A stretch of 64,000 nucleotides of DNA from Vicugna vicugna (taxonomy: Eukaryota): the NCBI GenBank assembly GCA_013265495.1, contig MU058669.1, positions 976,234-1,040,233 of the forward strand, given 5' to 3'. The notes beneath the pieces are model-generated. The model was given only the letters and a program-made list of their open reading frames with translations. It did not search any database and had not been told where the DNA came from. The translations under genes were made by a program, and so were the position numbers. Shown here in pieces: positions 55,335-64,000 of this stretch; the stretch's first letter is position 1, and the number at the start of each line of letters is the position of its first letter.

Positions 55335-57060
55335 CTGAAAATAATTTATTCGTGCAACAAATATACATTGAGAATCCAGTTTCTGCCAGATACTTTTAGC
55401 TACTGGAGGAGCAATAATAAACAAAATAGACAAATGTTCCTGACTTCATGAAGCTTATATCCTAGTAGACAAGTCAATAAACACGATAAACATGGAAATA
55501 GTCAAGAGTGTGTTAAATAGTATTTGCAAAAAGGCTGGACCTGGGGAATGAGAGAGTCAAGGATTATACTAAGGCAACTGGAGGGATGGAATCGCCATTA
55601 ATAAAGCATGTTTTTGGGGGGTGGGATGGGGAGAACTTCACCAGCTCGTTTTCAGACATATGTTTAATTTAAAATGCCTGTGAAACATTCAGGTGGAGAT
55701 GTCAAGTAGGAAGTTAACTATGTGAATTTGGAGTTTATGGGAGCAATCCAGGCTGGGGATATGCACTTGGATGGTACTTAAAGCAAGGAGACTGGATGAG
55801 ATCAGCCAGGGAGTGAGCATGGATGTAAAAGAGAAGCAGTTCAGGGACTGAGCCCTGGAGCATTTCAACACTCAGGTGTCAGGGAGATGCAGATGATCCA
55901 GCAAAAGAGGCAAAAAAAGCATCCAGAAGGGTGAGCGAAAGCCAGGTGAGTGTGGCATCCTGGAAACCAAGTGATCGAAGTACTTCGAAGGAGAACAGAA
56001 CGGACCTCTGTGTCAGATGCTGCTGGTGGGGAAAAGTACAATTAGGACTGAGACACGTCTCCTGGATCGATGCAGAGGTCATTCTTCACCTTAATGGGAA
56101 GAGGTTTTGCAAAATGGTTGAGAAGAAAGAAACATGATGTGTGTGGGTTGAACAGAGGAGGAAGGGAGAGAAATTGAAGACTGAGCTGAGACACGTCGTT
56201 CAGGAAATGCTACTATAAGGAGAGCTAAAGAAAGGCTGCTGTTGGCAAAGGGGAAGACGGGAACAGTGACAGCGGTCTGTATGCTGATGGATCCCCCAGA
56301 GAGGGGAAGAGCGGTGCAGGAGAGAAAGGGAGGGCTTGCTGGAATGTGAGAGGACCATGATGTTCTTTTCTGAATGCCTCATTTTTGTCAAGCCAGGTCA
56401 GAAGCTGTGAGAGAAGATGGAGAAGGTGCTGGGGGTTTGAGAAGAAATGAGAACATGTGAAATAATTATCGGGGAGAGTGGGAAGGAAAATGGACGGGGG
56501 GAAATGTAGTATAATTGCAGCACTGAGATCTTACTTAGTCATCACAGGCTTAAAGAGCAATCAGCACTTGTGGTGGGAGTTTATTTTGTGGCCTTTCTTG
56601 TACAAGTTGTGTCCCTGAGTATGTGAAGGGTTAAATTTAACTGGGATTGTAGTTTAAGAAAGCAAATACGATGAATGGATATGTATTGGGAGTTCAGAAC
56701 CTAGGGAGGGGAATTAAGATTTGTCAGAAGAGAATGATTATAATGACTGATCATGTAATTTAAGCTGGATAAGGAGGTGAGTGAAGCCAAAGGTACAGGG
56801 CTCAGGACAGTATAAAGTTGATGGGACCAATGGATTGAACATACAGGTGGAATCAAAGACTGTTGGAGACATAAAGCCCAGGAAATGAGCTAGAAATTTA
56901 GGAGGTGGGAGACAGAATTGGAATTGAGATTCTGGTGGATTTGAAATGAAAAGAGCTGATGAGGTCTAGGCTTTGACCATGAGAGTGAGTAGATGAGGAA
57001 GGATTGGATTCTTAGAAGAGAGGAAGTTAAGACACTGGGAACCAAAGTGCTGGAAGGAGA
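55335..57060 (-). mobile_element. Long L2 fragment
   Basis: caacaaatatacattgag...caggtggagatgtcaagtagg...aagcaaggagactggatgagatca...gtggcatcctggaaaccaagtga. Confidence 0.75.
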
Positions 57061-57229
57061 GCTTCTGGCCCTGACTGGGCATTATTCAGAACTGGAGATC
57101 CTGGGATGCTGGAATTAGAGTGACATTCCTTACCACGCACAATGCATCCATTCCATAGCAAGGACCACTCACTGCTTTCTTCTTTTTTTTTTTTTATTGA
57201 AGTACTTATTTATTCCGGGCTGGAGCAGA

Positions 57230-57623
57230 TGTAACTATTGCTTACTGATACCCATTTCACCTCTATTTCTGGTAGAATAGAATACACACACACACACACG
57301 TGTAATTTGTCTTCTTGATTTTAGGCATGGCCATATGAATAGCTTTGGCTAATGAAGAGCAGATGGGCATGACATAGGTCCCTAGAAGGGAGCATTTTTT
57401 TTGCCAGAGTTTGATCTGTCAGTCTTCTGTGTCCCTGCCATGTTGAGCTTGGAAACATGTGTTGACACTGGAGTAGTCCTCATGTACCTGACCATGACAT
57501 GGAGACCTGCTGCCTTGGAGACCAGCACCACTTGCAGTGGACTTGGTGTGAGCAAGAAATAAACCGCTGTTGGGATCAGGCTGTCGCTTCCCCACGTAGC
57601 GTAGCCTAGCCTAGCCTAATACA
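57230..57623 (+). mobile_element. MLT1-type solo LTR
   Basis: TG...CA termini; tgagcaagaaataaac...cctagcctaataca end; near-TSD gcaga/gctga. Confidence 0.7.
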
Positions 57624-57911
57624 GCTGACTTTTGCATCACCCTGTAGCTAGCCCTGTGCCCGTTGTTGAGGACACAGAGATGAATAAAGCACCTTCGTTG
57701 CCCTCAGGTGGAGGGGGTGAGGGACAAGGGGGAAGAGAAGAGATCTCACCGCAGGGGCCATGAAGAAGAGAGCAGCTGCAGAAGGGGTGCAGGGAAGGCT
57801 TTGGAGACAGGCTTTGGCGGCACATGTTTTCTTGCTTTGCCTGGACGTTTGGGGCCATCTGCAATTAGGACTTGTTTTCACTTCTCTGACTCTGTTTGAG
57901 TTCCTGGGTGC

Positions 57912-58800
57912 CGTTCAACAAATATGTACTGAGTGTCAGGAACCATGCCAAAAGTTAAATCCAGCAGTAAATGAAACAGACAATCTCTGTCCTCGTGGGA
58001 TTAACAGTTTAGTGGGAAAGGATGTTAAATAATTAATTTACAACTGGAGTGAGTGTTCTGAAGGAGCAGTGTACATCAGGAAAGCTAACCTAGATTCACC
58101 CAGGAAATGAGCAGCAGATGTTGAGGGGACATATTTTAGTCGCTGGGTACCGTTAGTCATTGAATAGCTTATTCAAATAGCCTTATATGAGAGGGAACTT
58201 GGCCTGCTCAGGACACTGAAGGTGATGTGTATGGCTGACACGGAGACACAGTGACACAGAGAGTGAGTGGCAGGAAGTGAGGCTGAGAGGTAAGTGTGGG
58301 CAAGGGCCAGTCACTGAAGGCTTGAGAAGCTAAATGGTTTGGATCTTGAGTCTAAAGACAACGGGAAACATTCTAAAGTCCTATTCCTTGAGAGTGATAC
58401 TCCCAAATTTTCATTTGTAAGATCGCTTTCGCAATAGACTCCAGAATGGATTTCAAAGGAGTAAATGTATATATAGTTAGAAATACAAGGAAACCTGTAT
58501 AACTGGCAGATTAGAGAAGGTGGCAGTTGAAGGATGGCTCGGAAGGGGGCTGAATAGCAGTGGACAGCTACAAAATATATTTTGAAAGCAAAATTCAAGT
58601 TAACATGTGATGACAGTTGGCACAAGAGGTGAACGAGAGGGAAGATTCAAGGATAATTCCAGTTATCTGAACAACTAAAGGGGACAGTAGTGCCATTGCC
58701 AATAAAGGAAGGCAATTCTAGGTGGGTGCAGAAGAAGGACTTTTCAATTTGAGGCTTGAAAAGTCTGCAATATTCAAGTGCACTCATCTCTCATAGGTTA
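57912..58800 (-). mobile_element. L2 fragment
   Basis: ttcaacaaatatgtactgagtgtcaggaacc...tgaggctgagaggtaag...gaagattcaaggataattccag. Confidence 0.6.
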
Positions 58801-60654
58801 ATATATTTCTCTGTACATTGTGTTTGTATCCACGCCTGTTTCTTCCATTTGATTTTTAAAGCTTTGAGAGCAAAAACCATATCTGATTCATCTCACACAC
58901 CAGTCTCCTACCGCAAGGCATGCAGGGCTGAGCTGTGTATGAGATCAGCACAATCATTCTGATCCAGTGAGCAAAATGGGCACATCTGGTTCTTGGAGCC
59001 CAGGTTGGGAGGAGCGGTTCACCTTGTCTCCCCTCCAGGATCCATGGTTGGTTTCCTGGCCCCTACCTCACTGTGGTTATCTGTGTAAGTTATCTCCAGG
59101 TTTGGTTCACCTGAGGGGAGCACACAAGAAGTGGTTGTTTATTTCTCAACCATCTGAACTACATGTGCTTCATTGATCTGAAGGATTTGTCTGAAACAAG
59201 CACTAAATTTAAAAAAAATTGTCTTCTTGGTAGATTTCTGATACATTCCATTTCAACAAGCTGGAAGTGTCTACAGTGAGAACTCAGTCTGACAGCAGCT
59301 TAACCAAATATACCCTTTGCCTCCTTTAAGGCTTTGGAGGTAAAGAGAAGAGATGGCTAGTTTAAAATCAGTGCATTTATCATTATCTGTGCAGTGTAGG
59401 GCTTCAGATTGAACTAAGGTCCCTTTGAAAATACATGCACCAAAGGATGACTTAAATATCACCATCAGTACAGTATTCTTCAGCTTAAGGCTTTGGTTCC
59501 TGCTAAAAGATAAATCCATCTCCTCTCCTCTCCTCTCCACTGTCTCAAAAATGCTGGGATAATGCCTCAAGCTATTTGCATTCATTTACACTTGAGTTCA
59601 AATGAGATTTAGAATCTTCTTGAGAACCGGATTGCTTTAGAAAAACCATCTGGTATTCTAGTAAGGGTAGTGGGGCTCAGAGTCAAAAGTCTGAGGGCCT
59701 TGCATTCTGTCTTACACTGTGTGGCTGCAGGAAGTTAAAAGAATTATTCTGGGCTCAAGTTGGTTATCTGTGAATGAGAGATTCTAATCTCTGCTCCAAA
59801 TATCTGGTTGATCTCAACAACTGCCTTGAATGGAGAGTTTTAGAATGTCTGTTCAAATCACCATTTCTCCTTTTCTCTAAGAAATGTCCTCCCATTTCCC
59901 CCTAGCCAAGAAATGAGTCCCAAGCAGCTATGTGTCCTCTAAGTTACTTTCTTCACTTGCTGAAGTTGAGCAGCAGGGTGGACCCTGTATCTCAGCTGGA
60001 TCAGTCACATGGTTTCTTCCAGAACATTAGAATTGTGATTGAATGGTGATGGCTCATCTGTGCTGGCGGACTGCAGCCACCTGGGACCCTTGGGGTGTTC
60101 GTTGGTTTTTTGAGTCAACTGTGGACTCCCAAAATTGAATTTGTACAGACAGAGGATGAAGTAGAGGTGCCAAGAAGGGCAAGGACTGTAGACTAAGCCA
60201 TGCGTGGGTTTCTGCGAGCATTTCCGACCTTTGTTCTAGTGTTTTCTCATGTCTAGGAGAGACGTTCCTGGCCTTGGGTTTTCTCAGGCATTCCTATACC
60301 CTTATAATAATTTCCCTCTTTTTGCCTAAGCTAGCACAAGGCTATTTCTATTCCTTGCAAGCAAAAATGTTCTTGTGAGATTGATATAGTGGTGTAGGGA
60401 GCCACTAGGGCTGAAGAAAGGATGCCCTATCCTGTGGAAATGATTAGGCAGAAAAATAGCCAACTGGAAATCTTGTTCACCACCCTTGGGTTTCCATCCA
60501 CTGACTCAGCTAAGGTCCCCAAGTATTTCAAAGCCTTCCAATCTAATGGATATTTTCCATTCTGACCCTTTTTTTTTAACTTTCTGCAACATTTAATATC
60601 TTAACCAAACCTTTATTTTTTCCCCTTTGTTAGCATTTTTATTTGTCCTATGCA

Positions 60655-60955
60655 CTAATATTTTTATAACTTATTGAGTTATAATTGGTAGACAATAAAT
60701 GGCAGATGCTTAAAGTATACAATTTGATGTACAATTTGATTTTGGCCCATGTATGCAGCTATGGAACCATCACACAGACAAGGCAATGAATACATCCATC
60801 GCTCCTTAAAGTTTCCTGGTACCCCTTTGCAATCTCTCTCTCTCCCCCTCATCCCAGATTCCCTAACAACCACAGGTTTGCTTTCTGTCACTATAGAACA
60901 GTTGGCATTTTTTAGAATTTCATATAAACAGAATCATATAGTATGTGCTCTTTTC
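60655..60955 (-). mobile_element. Old L1 (L1MB/MC-like) 3' end
   Basis: ttattgagttataatt...aaagtatacaatttgatg...accacaggtttgctttctgtcactataga...tagaatttcatataaacagaatcatatagtatgt. Confidence 0.7.
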
Positions 60956-63022
60956 AGAAACCAATCCTTCAGTAAATACTGGAGCACTTCAGCCCTGGGG
61001 ATACAGCCAAGAACTGGATGGACATGGTTCTTGTCATGATGGAGGTTCAGTCTACCAAGAGAGGCAGATATTGAGTAAATAATTATAGTAAAGCCTGTTG
61101 CATGTTTTCATAAGAGGAGGAGCAGTGGAGGAGGTATATACCGGGGTGTCTAACCTTGGGACTGATGAGAGTTCTGAAGGTCTAGTAGGAATAAGACCGA
61201 TGAAAGGTACAGGGATGGGAGTGGGGTCCAGGCAGAGGGCACAGAATGGGAGAAGGTTAAGAGGAAAAGGGAAACATGGCATATTTAAGGAACAGAAAGT
61301 AGGGCAGTTTGGAGGACACCCTCTCCCTCTGGTGTGGGGGGTGGTTGTGAGCCGTAAGAGAGGAATGTGTAGAAGTGGGCAAATCACTGTTGGCCTGCTG
61401 GCTTAGATTCTCTTTTCTCCTTACTTCTGACCCTCATTCAACCTTTCCAGCAGTCCCTTATCTTCATTTATTCTTTGCCAGGACAGTAGCTCAATTATGG
61501 TGGAGGCAAAGAAAAATTAACCCTAGAAGAGGAATTGAATTACCTAGAGTCACACGGCTAGCTGGAACCAAGGTGTGGTTATAACTCAGTCCTCCAAGCT
61601 CGAGGTTCGATACTTCCACACATTTGGATGGTAGGACAGAACGTCAGCTCCCCAGGGCTTTTGAGTCCCTGACATCCTAATAGACTTTAGAATCAGAGTC
61701 AAAATCAAGGGTATGTCAACTGTCAAAGACACGAAGCAGAAGGAAGTTGCTTCATTGACACACAGACAGCCCCACACCACTTAGCATTTGATTATCTACT
61801 GGCAGCAAAGCCTGCTTATGCCATCCCTTATATTTTTCTTCAATTTAATGAAGTAATTAATGCTATAAAAAGCTATGAAAATATAAATGTAAGAAAGCAT
61901 GTTGCATAATTAATAATATATGCATATGCATGGAGGGTGTTTCTTTCTGGCATATATATGCATATGCCATTAATTGAAACATAGTCACTTTGTTTTACTG
62001 CCAGGGTATTGGTACAAGCTGCACTGTTTGTATGCCAGTTTCCAGCCTGATTCCAGGGTATATTATGTTGATCCAACGGAGGACCATCAGGGACCTGGGG
62101 ACTGGGGTAGGGGGAGGTGCTGGGCCGGAGAACTGGGGTGCTAACTGGCTTCTAGATTCAGCTCTGTATTAACTCATTGTATGACCTCAGTTACTTTCCT
62201 CTGGGCCTCAGTTCCCCCACCTGTCAAGTTGACAGTTGGACCGTATGATGGTTTACATAAAATATAGGCAGCACATCTCTTCATTCAAATGAAATCTAAG
62301 TGGAAACTGATATAAAAGATGTAGAAGTGAAATCTCCAGTTTAAATTTGCAGCAGGGCCTTCCCTCTAGTGCAGTGTTTTATTACTCCATGCTCCTCCTG
62401 TGTCCTTCAAGGATCTATCCATTAACTTGTAAAACACTGGGCTAGATCATTGGAAGAGTCCCTTATGGTACTTTTTACCTCCTTTCAGGCATTTCAGCTA
62501 CAGAAGGTCACATCAGGCCTTGTAATATGGTGGGAAAGCTGGATGGCAAGTTGAGAGGCCGAGTCCACATTTGGGCCCTGTCCCCCGTTAGTGCTGTGAC
62601 CTCACATCTATCTTCTCCTCAACTTGCTTGTCTTGACTTCTTGTCTGTCAAGAAAGAAAGTATTCCTTGTCTTGTCTTATCACATAGAGGTACCAAATTA
62701 GATGCCATATGTCAAGGTGCTTTTAATCTAAGTGTACAATAAGAAGGCAAAAACACTCTTTTCCTGAGGGTTAAGGCTGTAGGCTCTGACCCCAGTTGCT
62801 CTGCCACTTACTAACTATGTGACCATGAATAAGTTAACTTTCTGTATGGTGGTGTCCTCATCTGTAAAGCCATCATAATATTATCTGTGTATGAGTGGTT
62901 TGGTTAATGTATCTATGACAGTGAAAAGCAGTGTCCAAGTGCCATAAATGTTTACCATTATTGTTGCTTTTTAAAAATTATTATTATCAACAGTGTTGGT
63001 GGGAATCAGGAGGAGGTCTGCT

Positions 63023-63746
63023 CTCTTTCTTTCTTTCTTTTTCTTTTTTTCTCTCTTTCTTTTTATTGAAGTACAGTCAGTTACAATGTGTCAATTTCTG
63101 GTATATAGCATAATGTCCCAGTCATGCATATACATATACACATATATTTGTTTTCATAAAGGTTATTACAAGATATTGACTATAGTTCCCTGTGCTATAC
63201 AGAAGAAATCCAGTTTTTATTTATTTTTATATATACTGGTTAACATTTGCAAATCTCAAACACCCAAATTTATTCCTTCCCACCCACTTTCCCCTGGTAA
63301 CTATAAGATTATTTACTATATCTGCAATTCTGTTTCTGTTTCCTATATGAGTTCATTAGGGTCTTTCTTTCTTTCTTTCTCTTCTTTCCTTCCTTCCTTT
63401 CTTTTTTAGATTCCATATAAGAGTGATGTCATATGGTATTTTTCTTTCTCTTTCTGACTTACTTCACTTAGAATGACAATCTCCAGGTCCATCCATGTTG
63501 CTGCAAATGGTATTATTTTATTCTTTTTATGGCTGAGTAGTATTCCATTGTATAAACATACCACAACTTCTTTATCCAGTCATCTGTCAATGGACATGTA
63601 GTTTGCTTCCATGTCTTGGCTATTGTGTATAGTGCTGCTATATATTCAGGTGCATGTATCTTTTCAAATTAGAGTTTTCTCTGGATATATGCCCAGGAGT
63701 GGGATTGCTGGATCATATGGAAAGTCTATTTTTAGTTTTTGAGGAC
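63023..63746 (-). mobile_element. 5'-truncated L1 (3' UTR plus end of ORF2) with TSD
   Basis: tttattgaagtacagtcagttacaatgtgtc...gcccaggagtgggattgctggatcatatgg...ttttagtttttgagga. The direct repeat aggaggtctg lies at 63011-63020 and 63750-63759. Confidence 0.9.
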
Positions 63747-64000
63747 TCAAGGAGGTCTGGATTCTAATCTTGAACCTAATACTCTCTAAATGTGAGTCCT
63801 AAGTGAATGAAGAGTCCCACCTCAGAGAATTCTGCCAGTCACATCACAGAAGAGATCAAATGAAACATGGATATTAAAATACTTTGAGAAGATAGCACAT
63901 CTTTACAAATATCGAGTTTAGATATGCCTTCCAAGACAGACCTAAATGAAGCACCAGTATTGAAAAATGATTCTGAGGGGGGTTGAACAAAGAAGATAAC

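Overview
Mammalian genomic DNA, AT-rich and CpG-poor, with many interspersed repeats (MIR, L2, MLT1, MER5/MER20/MER3 and younger L1 3' ends). The L1 3' ends resemble camelid L1 as I recall it, and I saw no Alu, B1, Bov-tA or PRE-1 SINEs, so a camelid host is a tentative inference. The one gene I can support is the 5' end of GRIA1 (AMPA receptor subunit GluA1) on the minus strand. Coding exon 1 is 37353-37272 (signal peptide), intron 1 is 3018 bp, coding exon 2 is 34253-34116, and positions 34115-1 are the first 34 kb of intron 2. Positions ~37750-64000 are promoter and upstream intergenic DNA. Neither true exon appears in the supplied ORF track, whose ORFs look almost entirely spurious. I found no evidence of a new multi-gene system. 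The best leads are at the GRIA1 5' end: three candidate alternative first exons that would all join exon 2 in frame without a signal peptide, three uORFs, a 32-nt G tract and a (GAAG)11 UTR repeat. There is also a POU/MORE motif cluster ~24 kb upstream. Repeat family names and boundaries were assigned by eye and are approximate.
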